Sequence record: OL856099
Origin: Shigella phage CWP003
Length of the DNA: 64,000 nt
Reading direction: 5' to 3' (one strand)
Within the stretch, counting starts at the first letter, position 1; the number at the start of each line of letters is the position of its first letter. This document shows positions 48,937 through 58,713 of the stretch, piece after piece. The notes under the pieces are model-generated. The model saw nothing but the letters and a program-made list of their open reading frames with translations, did not search any database and had not been told where the DNA came from. Position numbers and translations under genes: made by a program.

Positions 48937-49227
48937 ATGAACGAACCAAAAATGATGACCACTGAAGAAGCACAAAAACTTCGCGTGGAGAACGAGCTGA
49001 AGCTTGTCAATGAAATTCTTCCTCTGTTTAAAGGCTATGCGGTTGAAGAAGTCGTTGGCGCAATCCTTAATGTGTCGACTCACGTGGCGATGAATCTGAA
49101 TGCAGAGCGTTTCAATACTTTGCTGACGATCAACAACTTTACTGTCAGTGCGACATTTACCGTTGAGCCAGTCAATTTTGAAGAGGCTGCAGCCGCGATT
49201 CAACAACAGAGAAATCAAGAGGTGTAG
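48937..49227 (+). CDS. Hypothetical early protein
   Basis: Track ORF. Confidence 0.45.
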   Translation: MNEPKMMTTEEAQKLRVENELKLVNEILPLFKGYAVEEVVGAILNVSTHVAMNLNAERFNTLLTINNFTVSATFTVEPVNFEEAAAAIQQQRNQEV

Positions 49228-49492
49228 CATGGGCGCTTTCCGCAACGAGTTCATTTGGAACGTTACAAGCAGTCTTTCGACTTGTCCTAACTGTACGAGC
49301 GATGTTATCAAGGTGCGGCAGCATCGCAATGCAGAGGAAGGTGCCTGGGAGGACGGCGACCTTGTAGAGTGCCAGTGCTGCTCTCACGAAGGCGTGGTGG
49401 AGCTTTACGCCGGAGAAGGTTGCCCACCAGCAGACCGTTCAGCACGCGTTGAATGGGATGCGACAGACTCCATCGGTGATACTCAACAGTAA
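49228..49492 (+). CDS. Small zinc-ribbon protein
   Basis: Start ATG 49228 (MGAFRNE) in frame with track ORF 49148..49492; CPNC...CQCC cysteine pairs. Confidence 0.4.
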
Positions 49493-49611
49493 ATTTAGGT
49501 ATAGATACATATGAAAGCCGTAAAGAAATACACATTAATCATTTCCCTTGTAATCATCCTGGGGCTATTATATGTATTGGATATGGCATATTATTTGGCA
49601 GGGGTGAGTAA

Positions 49612-49902
49612 ATGAATATTGTAATTCTTTATGGTGAGAATATCAGCGATGACGACATCGAAGTTGCCGTTGATGTTTACGGTATCGATGAGGTGAAACG
49701 TGTTGAAGAAATTAATGGCTCAAATCTTAATGAGATTGCCAAAGAAGCTGGTTGCCCTTCTGAAGAGATTCTGGTGGTTACTAACGATGACCTGTCTTCT
49801 ATGGATTGTTTGCGTCGCATCTTCACCGATTGCCAATACCTTCATTCTGTTCAGTCAGTAAACAAATTGAGAAAGGCATACGCTGACCAATTTCCTTGCT
49901 GA
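49612..49902 (+). CDS. Hypothetical early protein
   Basis: Track ORF with GGGGTGAG upstream. Confidence 0.45.
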   Translation: MNIVILYGENISDDDIEVAVDVYGIDEVKRVEEINGSNLNEIAKEAGCPSEEILVVTNDDLSSMDCLRRIFTDCQYLHSVQSVNKLRKAYADQFPC

Positions 49903-50038
49903 TAGTTCACCAGTTATATTGCTTTAAACTGAGTTTTACTATATTAATATACAACGCCAGATTTCTGGCGTTTATTTACCGCACCCTGAAAGGATATATC
50001 CATGCAACAATATAACAAAGCCGTATCAGGAGGATTAA

Positions 50039-51709
50039 ATGTCAATTGAACATGACAATCTTCCAGAGGATACAGGTGATGAATTTGGTGCAATCTTTGA
50101 CGAAATTCAAGACGCTGGTGTTTCAGAAGAAATGCAAGCGGCAGAGCAGCAAGGCACCAGAGCTAAAATCAGCCTACAGCACAAGGCTGTTGAGAAAGAT
50201 GCAGAGCGCATGGAATGCTACGGTGAAGAAGACTTGGTTGAAAGAGCACGTTTGCTCGCCTCACTTCAGGTAATCAAGTTCCCTCATTATAAACCGACGA
50301 AAGATGATTTTGTTCTTCAGGCGGACCGGACGAGTGACATGAACCGTTATGCGGTTTTCGACGCGTTGTTTGATAAGGGAAGCGGCATCGTCCCATTCCC
50401 TCACAAAGATACTTTTCGTGGACGCTTAGTCGACCATCGCGGCGAAACATTCACCGACCGGACGTTGGAAGTCACAGAGATAGTTGCCGCTGTCGATGCA
50501 GCAGGCCTGTCCAACCCAAACTCACGTCAGGTCGCTCAATCCTATAAGGAATGGGCCATGCGTTATCAGCGCGACGACCTGATGGACTTCTTCTACAAGA
50601 AGCTTCCTGAATGGGACGGTACTGCGCGCATTGAGAAATACCTTATCGAGCTATTCCGACCGTTCGATACAGAGTTAAACCGACAAATCGGTGTGTATTT
50701 TTGGCTATCGCTCTATAACCGCCTGACCAACCCTGGCTGTCAAGCGCCAATCTCCATCGCGCTCATCGGCGGCCAGAACGCAGGGAAGAGTTATTTTAGT
50801 AAGCTGCTTTGCGAAGCTATTATGAACGACCGCCACGCAACACCGATTCCGTTGAACTTGGCCGCGCAGAACTTCAACCCGTTCTTGCGAGCTATTACGG
50901 GTCGCTCAATTATCGCGAACGTTGGCGAGATGACGGGCTTTAAAAAGGCCGACATCGAAAACATGAAGGCATTCCTGACTAAGACGGAAGATGACCTGGA
51001 CTTCAAATTTGAAGACACGCAGGTCAAACCACGCCAGTGGATTGCTATCATGGACGGCAACGAATACGCAGGCATGCAGCGTGACGATACGGGCAACCGT
51101 CGTGTGTATCCTATCTTTGTTGGCCAACTCGCCGACAAGGACGGGCAACCGAACTGGTCAAAAGACTTCCAAGCTGACCTTTCCACTTTGAAAGAAGACG
51201 TTTGGCAACTGATGGCTGAGTGTGCTGCGTGGATGGAGAAGCACGGCGAAGCAGGTTACAACGCGTTTGTCGGTGAAACGTCTCGCATGCTTACTGAGTT
51301 CAGTAAGAACGAAATGGAACGCGCTCGCGGCGTTATCCGTGATGAGATGGTCGACAACGACCTTGTTGAAGTCGTCATTACCGCGCCTTATGACCGACAT
51401 CACAGCGGACGCTGGCACATCACCAGTGGTGCAATCGCTATGGGATTCAGAGCTAAGTGCGGCAAGTCGCCTTTCTCACGTACCCTTGCGCCGCACATGT
51501 CGAAGCTTGGATTTGAGCCTGCAACCTATCGCAACCAGCGCGGCTACTTTACGCCGCTGATTAAGAATGAAGCAGGGGAATACATTTCTGACTTGATGAC
51601 TATCTTAGCGTATCTTATTCGCGACGAGTCTGACCCTGAAGATATTGAATTCTTGAAGAAGGTTATTGAACGCAAACGTTCTTTAGGAAGAGATAAGGAT
51701 GAATTCTGA
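50039..51709 (+). CDS. VirE/D5-like P-loop NTPase (primase-associated helicase)
   Basis: 556 aa; central Walker A IGGQNAGKS with a downstream acidic Walker B-like stretch. Confidence 0.65.
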   Translation: MSIEHDNLPEDTGDEFGAIFDEIQDAGVSEEMQAAEQQGTRAKISLQHKAVEKDAERMECYGEEDLVERARLLASLQVIKFPHYKPTKDDFVLQADRTSDMNRYAVFDALFDKGSGIVPFPHKDTFRGRLVDHRGETFTDRTLEVTEIVAAVDAAGLSNPNSRQVAQSYKEWAMRYQRDDLMDFFYKKLPEWDGTARIEKYLIELFRPFDTELNRQIGVYFWLSLYNRLTNPGCQAPISIALIGGQNAGKSYFSKLLCEAIMNDRHATPIPLNLAAQNFNPFLRAITGRSIIANVGEMTGFKKADIENMKAFLTKTEDDLDFKFEDTQVKPRQWIAIMDGNEYAGMQRDDTGNRRVYPIFVGQLADKDGQPNWSKDFQADLSTLKEDVWQLMAECAAWMEKHGEAGYNAFVGETSRMLTEFSKNEMERARGVIRDEMVDNDLVEVVITAPYDRHHSGRWHITSGAIAMGFRAKCGKSPFSRTLAPHMSKLGFEPATYRNQRGYFTPLIKNEAGEYISDLMTILAYLIRDESDPEDIEFLKKVIERKRSLGRDKDEF

Positions 51710-52356
51710 TGAATAAAGCAATCAACATCGCTAAATTCTTTCAACATCTCGGTGAACTGAACAAAGAGAGTGACGTTCACGGAGAAGAAATGAACCGGAT
51801 GATTTCAACCGTGTTGCGTGGTTTTGGTTACGATAAGGACTCAATCACCTGTAAGCGCACGAAGCTTGTCGATGAGACATACCTTTACTACGTTGAATTG
51901 CGCGTAGGCAAAGATTTGATGATCATCGACCCTAAATTGGAAGGGGCGCACTGTTTTGGCGCTCACCCTCGTGCGAGTGAATTCAAGGGTCGCGGTCGCA
52001 ACCGACTCCAGAAGCTTGATGATGCAGGCGACCTGAACATCTCGATGTTCCTCAAAGAGTTCCTTGCTCTGCCGAAGGTTGCATCTTCAACGGGCCGTGA
52101 TGACCTGTGCAAGATTGGATTCAGAACTAAAGATTTGCGCAATGCGCTACGCAAGAAGGGATTTGTGCCTTCTTATGATAACGTCGCCGCGCTGATGGCT
52201 TCCATGGAGGAAGCTGAAGCAATGGACAAGGTGCGCGGCTATTTCCTGAATACAGGCTACACAATGTATGAGTGGCACACCAAAGGATTGACGGTCGCCG
52301 ACTTCATCTATTCATTAGAGCAGAAGTATGTACGCAATATGCAGGCCACAGGATAA
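51709..52356 (+). CDS. Hypothetical early protein
   Basis: Track ORF, overlapping the upstream stop. Confidence 0.45.
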   Translation: MNKAINIAKFFQHLGELNKESDVHGEEMNRMISTVLRGFGYDKDSITCKRTKLVDETYLYYVELRVGKDLMIIDPKLEGAHCFGAHPRASEFKGRGRNRLQKLDDAGDLNISMFLKEFLALPKVASSTGRDDLCKIGFRTKDLRNALRKKGFVPSYDNVAALMASMEEAEAMDKVRGYFLNTGYTMYEWHTKGLTVADFIYSLEQKYVRNMQATG

Positions 52357-52395
52357 TTATCATCAAAATATTTGCTTTTCTGACGAGGTGATATT

Positions 52396-52620
52396 ATGAT
52401 TAATTTAGACAGGATTGAGTTAGCACTTAGTACCTTAATCAAATATTACCAGTTTGCTTTTAAGGCTAGTTTATTTGGCTTGTTCAATCCTCATCAAGCA
52501 GCAAAGGCGCGAAGCAATGCCAACCGCCTGCGCTGCACTGGTATAGTCATCCACGACCGGATATTGACAGAGGGTAGATTCAGCCATGAATACACAAGGG
52601 AGAATAACAAAGCAACGTAG
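52396..52620 (+). CDS. Hypothetical small protein
   Basis: Track ORF; GAGGTGA RBS. Confidence 0.4.
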   Translation: MINLDRIELALSTLIKYYQFAFKASLFGLFNPHQAAKARSNANRLRCTGIVIHDRILTEGRFSHEYTRENNKAT

Positions 52621-52791
52621 AGCTTTACAAGTCCTCATCCACTACCTGACACGCCTTTATCCAACGGCGCACGAGCAGAATCCATCAACTGGTCACCTGT
52701 TTAAGCGCCGTAACCTTTCGTTGAAAACATTCGCTTTAATCCAATACGACCGCTACCTGGACGGGCGCTACTGTGGCCCGAAGGACTCACT

Positions 52792-53070
52792 ATGATTACT
52801 ACATACAAAGTGTTCTTTGTCAAGTGCACATCATCGATTGATGACCAGTTTACTGCTGGAAAGAATTATCCCGTGATTTCTGAGTCAAGACTAGATATAA
52901 TCTTGAACGATCATGAAATCTATGAGCCGATGCCAGCAACTGCGTTTGATGTTATCGGTCACGTTCGGATTAAGACGAATATTGAAACGATGCATGACCC
53001 GTTGTTCAAGAAGCAGATTAAGAATGCCATGCAAGACTTTTGCGCAGCAATGTTTAAATACTATAAGTGA
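52792..53070 (+). CDS. Hypothetical small protein
   Basis: Track ORF. Confidence 0.4.
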   Translation: MITTYKVFFVKCTSSIDDQFTAGKNYPVISESRLDIILNDHEIYEPMPATAFDVIGHVRIKTNIETMHDPLFKKQIKNAMQDFCAAMFKYYK

Positions 53071-53447
53071 GTTGAAGATGAGAAAGAAAACTCTTAAGGC
53101 TGGGGACCGCATCCGTTGGATGTCAGGACAGAATATGCGCGCAGGCACCATCCTTGAGCTGGATCAATACCTTACTGATTCGCGTGGTCGCAATCACTAT
53201 CGCGTTCGAATCGATACGGTAAAAGAAGATGACAAGTCACTGGTTGGTGAAGTGGTCATCGTTACTCCACGTCAAATTAAGGCGGCTTGCGAAGCATGAA
53301 TAAATTTCAGTTCAAAGATAACAAGATCAGTAAAGCAGACGCAATCAAGCAGCTTCGCCGCGTACTTGAAGCCAGCGGCCATACAAAAGAGCGTGCACGC
53401 GTCTTAGCCAAAGAACATTATAAACGTTTTGTGTCACAAATCAGAGG

Positions 53448-53801
53448 TTGACCATGGCTCATGTTAAAGATGAAACGCTGTATGGCGCAGAGATTAAGAA
53501 GCGCGTGCGTGAGATGGCTGAAGGCGGTACGTTGATACCGTCGCGAGTCCGCTGCGACCACGTGATTGGCGTGTCCGGTACGAAGGAGATGGGCGTGTTG
53601 GTAAAAGACATTCGCGTTGGCGATGTCATGGTCATCGACCGACAAGCGCGAGTTGTTATCCAGGTGCAACCGAACGATGATGAAGGATGTGTCCTATTGA
53701 AGCTGAAGAAGCTTTCATCCAGCCCAGCAAAGGCCGTCATCAAGAAGGTCTGGCCCGAAGGATTACGCAAACTCATTCGTCGACCAGTGGAGAATGCATA
53801 A
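53448..53801 (+). CDS. Hypothetical small protein
   Basis: Track ORF; the real start may be an internal ATG. Confidence 0.4.
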   Translation: MTMAHVKDETLYGAEIKKRVREMAEGGTLIPSRVRCDHVIGVSGTKEMGVLVKDIRVGDVMVIDRQARVVIQVQPNDDEGCVLLKLKKLSSSPAKAVIKKVWPEGLRKLIRRPVENA

Positions 53802-54079
53802 TGAATAAAGATACCTTCAACGAAAGATTGGCGAAATTTGAAAAAGAGCAAGGTGAAAGGCCGTTAAAAGTACGTTTGAATGTTGATAGAAATTACGGTT
53901 TGGACATTCAGACTTATAGCTTGTGGCTGGTAGGTCGTTCGAGCTTTGACGATGCATTAATAATGGGAGTTGACACGCTTTTCTTAGAAAGATTTAAAAG
54001 CAATAAAAAGGCTATCGATTGCTTATCACGATATGAAAAATGGCTTGTTAAGTATTATAAAGAACGGGAGAATGTATAA
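53801..54079 (+). CDS. Hypothetical small protein
   Basis: In frame with track ORF 53687..54079; start placed at the ATG overlapping the upstream stop. Confidence 0.4.
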   Translation: MNKDTFNERLAKFEKEQGERPLKVRLNVDRNYGLDIQTYSLWLVGRSSFDDALIMGVDTLFLERFKSNKKAIDCLSRYEKWLVKYYKERENV

Positions 54080-54315
54080 TGGAAGATTATATTAATTCTA
54101 TGTACATGGCATTCTATGTCGTGCAACTTCCCAATGGCGCGGTATTTTATGGCGAGTATACCTTTGACGTTCAATATGACGTCTCAGAGCGTACAGTGTT
54201 AACAAGGGAGTTGATTGCGGACCTTAAGGACGACATCAAGCGCGTCGCGCGGCAGCAGTTCAATTTGGATGACACCGTCATCGTTCGAATTACCGGAATA
54301 ACAGAGGTGCAGTGA
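54079..54315 (+). CDS. Hypothetical small protein
   Basis: Track ORF. Confidence 0.4.
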   Translation: MEDYINSMYMAFYVVQLPNGAVFYGEYTFDVQYDVSERTVLTRELIADLKDDIKRVARQQFNLDDTVIVRITGITEVQ

Positions 54316-54644
54316 TGACCCGTGATCAGATACTCGCCGCGCATGAGCGTGGGTTGATAAAGGAAGTGTGGAAGAAGGCCAATGCCTTTGCTGATTCTTA
54401 TTACTTCTTAAAGAAGTGCATCAAGCAAAACGCAAAGATGGATAACACTGTATTGACATTCAACCTTTTGTCTAACGGAGCGAAGCTTGATGCAATATGC
54501 GGTTGCAGAATTGCCAGTGTGATGTTTGAACGAGGTGCTCACAAAGACTCTTTCTTCTATCAATTCTCTCACCGGACGGGTGATACAAAGATAACAAGGA
54601 CGCGTGAAGAGCTGGAGATTGACCTACTCCACTATGTAAAATGA
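54312..54644 (+). CDS. Hypothetical small protein
   Basis: Track ORF, followed by a terminator. Confidence 0.45.
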   Translation: MMTRDQILAAHERGLIKEVWKKANAFADSYYFLKKCIKQNAKMDNTVLTFNLLSNGAKLDAICGCRIASVMFERGAHKDSFFYQFSHRTGDTKITRTREELEIDLLHYVK

Positions 54645-54650
54645 ATATCA

Positions 54651-54683
54651 AAAAGGTGAGCTAAATGCTTGCCTTTTCTTTTA
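54651..54683 (+). terminator. Intrinsic terminator (AAGGUGAGC stem, UAAAU loop, U-run), copy 1 of a repeated terminator-promoter cassette
   Basis: 9-bp stem with two G-U wobbles followed by TTTTCTTTT; near-identical copy at 56164. Confidence 0.55.
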
Positions 54684-54697
54684 TCAATACTTATACT
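54669..54697 (+). promoter_or_regulatory. Promoter overlapping the terminator (TTGCCT, 17 nt spacer, TATACT)
   Basis: -35 lies inside the terminator 3' stem; same TTGCCT -35 as the scaffold promoter at 8310. Confidence 0.4.
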
Positions 54698-54729
54698 CTT
54701 TTCATCAAGACTAACAAGCGAGGTGAATT

Positions 54730-54978
54730 ATGGAACGTTATATAGATGCAGAGTGCTTGATAAGTGCAGGTTTGAATGAGGCTGTAGAAGGAAGTAAATA
54801 TGCCATCTGTCAATCTGATTATCCGTACAAAGATACTTTTTGGATTGAATTTGGATCAAAAGGGAGTAAGCACCACGTCACTTATGACGTTTGGAAAGCA
54901 CCAAGCGGACTTTTTTACATTTTAAAACGTCATTGCCAGCCAGAGTCAGGCGCATTGGCCATATTCAAGGAGGTGTGA
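54730..54978 (+). CDS. Hypothetical small protein
   Basis: Track ORF with GAGGTGA RBS. Confidence 0.45.
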   Translation: MERYIDAECLISAGLNEAVEGSKYAICQSDYPYKDTFWIEFGSKGSKHHVTYDVWKAPSGLFYILKRHCQPESGALAIFKEV

Positions 54979-54980
54979 TT

Positions 54981-55298
54981 ATGATTTACTTAGGCATCGA
55001 CAAGGAACAAGACGAGCGGTTAGGAAGCGTATTAAACGTGGACTTAAACACATCTGTACACATCAAGCCTTGGCCAGAGGCGCACCCCGACGTAGTTGTA
55101 CCCGTTGCGCCTTGGGCGCGTTACGTTGCCATTGACAATGATGGACTTGTCCATTGTTACTCAGAAAAGCCGACATACTTCGAAAAGTATCACCAATGGC
55201 TTATGACTGGATGGGCATTGGTGCGCTGTTGCGGCGAAGTCGGTCTGGAAGGCTGGAGCTTCGAGGCCAGTGAATCGTGTGTCGAGGTGCAATTATGA
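54981..55298 (+). CDS. Hypothetical small protein
   Basis: Start ATG 54981 (AAGGAGGTG RBS) in frame with track ORF 54891..55298. Confidence 0.45.
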   Translation: MIYLGIDKEQDERLGSVLNVDLNTSVHIKPWPEAHPDVVVPVAPWARYVAIDNDGLVHCYSEKPTYFEKYHQWLMTGWALVRCCGEVGLEGWSFEASESCVEVQL

Positions 55299-55513
55299 AT
55301 GCCGCGCTGGGTAAGTTGTCTTTTAACAAGCGCAATGAGCTGCGCATGGTATCGCGCTTTCAACAAACGCATTTATCACTAATCAAGATTGCAAACAAGG
55401 CCTACTCTCTAAATTGTCCTGAAGAAGAATGGAAAGAATTGAATGAGCGTCGTAAACAATTACAAAAGGCTGCATTCAAGCTGCAGCAATATGCTATGGA
55501 GTATGCAAAATGA
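55295..55513 (+). CDS. Hypothetical small protein
   Basis: Start ATG 55295 in frame with track ORF 55277..55513. Confidence 0.4.
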   Translation: MNAALGKLSFNKRNELRMVSRFQQTHLSLIKIANKAYSLNCPEEEWKELNERRKQLQKAAFKLQQYAMEYAK

Positions 55514-55902
55514 GAATGAAACGTTGCCCGTATTGCCACGATGTGATGCGTCTATCACACGAAGGATTTGTTAATCACATGAATGGCTGTGATAAGAATC
55601 CTAGAAATGAAAGCAACCTTGAAGAAAGAATGTTTCTGGTGTCATTCAAGTATTCAGCTTATGACGCGCAACTGGCTTACGGTGCGAGCGGTGCACCAAG
55701 TGCTATTAACTGCCCAACGACATTGAGAAGTGACATCGACTCAATCCAACTTGCGGCTTGGATTAACGTTAAGGAAGGAATCACGCCGCACTTTATCGCG
55801 CGCATCCAATCCCAGATTCTACAAATCAAGCGCGAATACAACCGTGACATCACTGAAGTGAAGGTGCTTTCCATTACGCCGATGAATAAGGAGTTGCCGT
55901 GA
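55510..55902 (+). CDS. Small protein with N-terminal zinc-finger-like motif
   Basis: CPYCHDV...HMNGC near the N-terminus. Confidence 0.4.
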   Translation: MRMKRCPYCHDVMRLSHEGFVNHMNGCDKNPRNESNLEERMFLVSFKYSAYDAQLAYGASGAPSAINCPTTLRSDIDSIQLAAWINVKEGITPHFIARIQSQILQIKREYNRDITEVKVLSITPMNKELP

Positions 55903-56159
55903 ACAAGGGTCCGATGACTAAGTTAGCCGTTGCCGCGCGGAAGCTTCGACAAGCCGTTAATGGGTCGCGGCCCGTGGTGTTAACACTCGACGATGCAAAG
56001 GCACTGGTAGAGCTACTCGACGAGCACAACCGACGCAAGAATCTGGAGAACACATTACGCTGGCGCGTCACTCCAGCCGGGCGGGAGAGCGAGAAGAAAG
56101 CTTACTTGCGACGCAAACTAAGGTCAGTCGGCCTCCACGAAGAGGCGAAGAAGATTTGA
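55899..56159 (+). CDS. Hypothetical small basic protein
   Basis: Track ORF followed by terminator copy 2. Confidence 0.4.
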   Translation: MNKGPMTKLAVAARKLRQAVNGSRPVVLTLDDAKALVELLDEHNRRKNLENTLRWRVTPAGRESEKKAYLRRKLRSVGLHEEAKKI

Positions 56160-56163
56160 TTCA

Positions 56164-56196
56164 AAAAGGTGAGCTAAATGCTTGCCTTTTTATTTA
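56164..56196 (+). terminator. Intrinsic terminator, copy 2 of the repeated cassette
   Basis: Same stem-loop as 54651..54683 followed by TTTTTATTT. Confidence 0.55.
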
Positions 56197-56209
56197 CCTG
56201 TATTATACT
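56182..56209 (+). promoter_or_regulatory. Promoter overlapping terminator copy 2 (TTGCCT, 16 nt spacer, TATACT)
   Basis: Read from sequence. Confidence 0.4.
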
Positions 56210-56237
56210 TATTTCATCAAGCAAAGGAGAATTGATT

Positions 56238-56543
56238 ATGAGTTATGACGAAAGGTTTGGCAGAAGCGGATTATTTCATGACGCTGTACACAAAGACAGC
56301 CAAGATGTTGTCTGCGTAGCATTTAATGAATCTTATTACGGCGTGTTCAAGCCGTTTAAGGTCGGTGAGACATACGAATTGTTTCACGGCTGGTTGACGC
56401 GTCGCAACAACTTGCCTGATATGGAAGTATGGTGGATAGAATACAAGGGTCAGGCTCATCGGTGCAAAGTTGTAGAGATGCACGGCGTCAAATACTATCA
56501 ATCTATTATCAGCGGCTTTGTTTTTAAAGAGGGTGAGCTATGA
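56238..56543 (+). CDS. Hypothetical small protein
   Basis: Start ATG 56238 (AAGGAGA RBS); track ORF 56178..56543 begins inside the terminator loop and is probably too long. Confidence 0.45.
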   Translation: MSYDERFGRSGLFHDAVHKDSQDVVCVAFNESYYGVFKPFKVGETYELFHGWLTRRNNLPDMEVWWIEYKGQAHRCKVVEMHGVKYYQSIISGFVFKEGEL

Positions 56544-56845
56544 GTACAGAAGCAATGAAGAAAAAGGTTTTGAACGCTTTGCAAGAAGCCGTGAACTGTG
56601 GTGCCATTAAAACGTTCACAGAAAGGAACGTCGGTGAAGTGACGGTGCACGGATTTAACAATAACAAAAATGGAATTGCAGCCATCATGCTTTTAAAGAA
56701 TAGCGATGACACATTCATCCTTTACGTTGGCGGATATGAGCTTATCGTTGATGATTTGTTTATCACTTGCGCTGACGGCCTTAACCCGATGTTAACGTTC
56801 GAGCGTCGCGGCATCCGTGTTGCAACATTTGGAGGGAAGTTATGA
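56540..56845 (+). CDS. Hypothetical small protein
   Basis: Track ORF. Confidence 0.4.
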   Translation: MSTEAMKKKVLNALQEAVNCGAIKTFTERNVGEVTVHGFNNNKNGIAAIMLLKNSDDTFILYVGGYELIVDDLFITCADGLNPMLTFERRGIRVATFGGKL

Positions 56846-57027
56846 GTACCGAAGTCCACAACGCATCAGCCTTGGTAAGCTTTTACCGTAACAAAGGCGT
56901 GTCGCTCGTTAAAACGCCGCAAGGGATGTTGTTCTTTGGCACGCGATTCCTGAAAGCATCGGAGCGTGAAACGCTGTCCAAGTTCGACCAGAAAACATTA
57001 CACGCAGTTTGGAGAAGACAACAATGA
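56842..57027 (+). CDS. Hypothetical small protein
   Basis: Track ORF. Confidence 0.35.
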   Translation: MSTEVHNASALVSFYRNKGVSLVKTPQGMLFFGTRFLKASERETLSKFDQKTLHAVWRRQQ

Positions 57028-57317
57028 GACTAAGCCTAGCGCAAATTCAAACATTGTACCGAATGGAAGATGGAACGCCATACATGCTGCGCGGCGACCG
57101 CAAGAAGGCTTATGAAAAGCGGCCATCACTGTTCCACGACATCAATGCGCCGTCAATCCCTGTCTTATTCCGGTTGGGCCTTGTTGATTGGGCAGCGCCA
57201 GGAGAGAAAGACCCGACGCGCTATTCATCCGTGGTGATGACAAAAGCAGGTCGCGCGGCATTAAAAGAAATTAAAGAGAGTATGGCTGGAGGTAAATATT
57301 ATGGCATCAAATCTTAA
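57024..57317 (+). CDS. Hypothetical small protein
   Basis: In frame with track ORF 57009..57317. Confidence 0.4.
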   Translation: MRLSLAQIQTLYRMEDGTPYMLRGDRKKAYEKRPSLFHDINAPSIPVLFRLGLVDWAAPGEKDPTRYSSVVMTKAGRAALKEIKESMAGGKYYGIKS

Positions 57318-57537
57318 AGCCCGTTTATTATTCATCAAGCCGCATGTGCCGTATAAGATTAGCAAACGCACCTGGCTTAATATTTACAACCGCAGCGGCG
57401 ACCGTTGCTTGTACAAGGCGAAGCGACGCAAGAAGGTATATTTAAAAGCGGTGATGTCGAAGCCCGTCGATGCATTCACCATCGGCGAAAATGAATTGTC
57501 AATCGGCTATCAAATTGAACTCGGAGTAAAGAAATGA
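57301..57537 (+). CDS. Hypothetical small basic protein
   Basis: Track ORF. Confidence 0.35.
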   Translation: MASNLKARLLFIKPHVPYKISKRTWLNIYNRSGDRCLYKAKRRKKVYLKAVMSKPVDAFTIGENELSIGYQIELGVKK

Positions 57538-58043
57538 AAATCGAACAACTCGAAGCAGTATTGGAAATGGCCGTAAAGGCAGGCGCAATCAAAAGCTATC
57601 GTCGCGAGAAGTCAGATAGCGACAGGGTGTTTTGTCGCAACTTCTATATCGTCGGCAACCTTAACGACCACTACGCCATCGAGTGGTATATTAACATAAT
57701 GACCCTTAAGTCGCGCACAATGGAGCTTTGGTGCGATGACATCTGTCTTTCGAATACTCACCCAAGCTATGATGTCGCCCTGGCATTCTATCACGGAAGC
57801 CGTCAACCTGTCGCCCACATCGGTGAGAAGCATGAGCATCTTAAGGCGCAACCAGAGGAATCAATGGAAGGCTGGATTGAATGGGCTGGCGGCGAGAATC
57901 CGGTGCCTGGTAAGAAGGTCAAGTATAAGTTGCGCGACGGCGATGAATCAAGAAAGCCTGTTCTTTCAGATGATTTGAGATGGGAGATGGTTGACGATTC
58001 TTATGCAGCTGACATCATCGCTTATCGCGTCGTGGAGGAATGA
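57534..58043 (+). CDS. Early protein with conserved C-terminal W-x2-W-GGENPVPG...DIIAYRVV module
   Basis: Shares a C-terminal module of about 55 aa with 58927..59502. Confidence 0.5.
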   Translation: MKIEQLEAVLEMAVKAGAIKSYRREKSDSDRVFCRNFYIVGNLNDHYAIEWYINIMTLKSRTMELWCDDICLSNTHPSYDVALAFYHGSRQPVAHIGEKHEHLKAQPEESMEGWIEWAGGENPVPGKKVKYKLRDGDESRKPVLSDDLRWEMVDDSYAADIIAYRVVEE

Positions 58044-58384
58044 TGGAAGAGCAAGAAGGCCGTGAACTAACGTTCGACGAGCAAATGAAAGAGCTTCAGC
58101 GCACATCGCCTCTGCGCGGTAAGGTTGTTGACATTGAGGCGAGCGAATCCAATCTCACCAAGTGGCGGCTCAAGTGCACCAGCACAAGCAAGGATATGTT
58201 AAGCTTCAAAGTCGGTCAGACTTATTTGCTTTATGAGGCAAAAGGACTTATTATTGATGGAAGGCAAATTGTCTTCACGGTCGTCAACGGGATGCGTTGG
58301 TTCGTGAAGCGTGATGTCGAGGGTCGTGACATGTTTGTCGCAGGCTTTCCAGAAGCAAGATTCCAATTGGAGAAGATTAAATGA
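58040..58384 (+). CDS. Hypothetical small protein
   Basis: Track ORF. Confidence 0.4.
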   Translation: MMEEQEGRELTFDEQMKELQRTSPLRGKVVDIEASESNLTKWRLKCTSTSKDMLSFKVGQTYLLYEAKGLIIDGRQIVFTVVNGMRWFVKRDVEGRDMFVAGFPEARFQLEKIK

Positions 58385-58713
58385 AATTGAAATGGTATGT
58401 GGACCCTGAGCCAACAGGCCAATACAGGTCATTCCAACGTCGCGGCTGGCCGACTTGTTACAACGGTAATCCCGATAAAGAAGATTGCGAGCTGCTTGCC
58501 GCCATCGTAAGCCTCGACCATCACGGCTATGAAGGCCACTACGCGAGAGCAACCAACCTTCGGCTCAAGGTGCGCATCCATTTCAAGGTCGCAGGCGAGG
58601 ACCGCACCGGACTCTCCAAGGAAGAGTTCAGCAGCATCGCTGAAGCAAAGGCATGGCTCAAGGCATTCTATAAGAACAACCCTAAATTCTATCCAACTAA
58701 GGATGCGTCATGA
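58381..58713 (+). CDS. Hypothetical small protein
   Basis: Track ORF. Confidence 0.4.
   Translation: MKLKWYVDPEPTGQYRSFQRRGWPTCYNGNPDKEDCELLAAIVSLDHHGYEGHYARATNLRLKVRIHFKVAGEDRTGLSKEEFSSIAEAKAWLKAFYKNNPKFYPTKDAS

Noticed and set aside
52586-53299. Overlapping small ORFs 52586..52795 and 52913..53299 as separate genes
   Set aside because: 52586..52795 heavily overlaps 52396..52620 in another frame, and 52913..53299 more plausibly starts at an internal ATG near 53078; left uncalled because coordinates are uncertain.
56178-56237. Track start codon at 56178 for ORF 56178..56543
   Set aside because: That ATG lies in the loop of the intrinsic terminator hairpin and upstream of the promoter -10; the downstream ATG at 56238 with an AAGGAGA RBS is the likely start.
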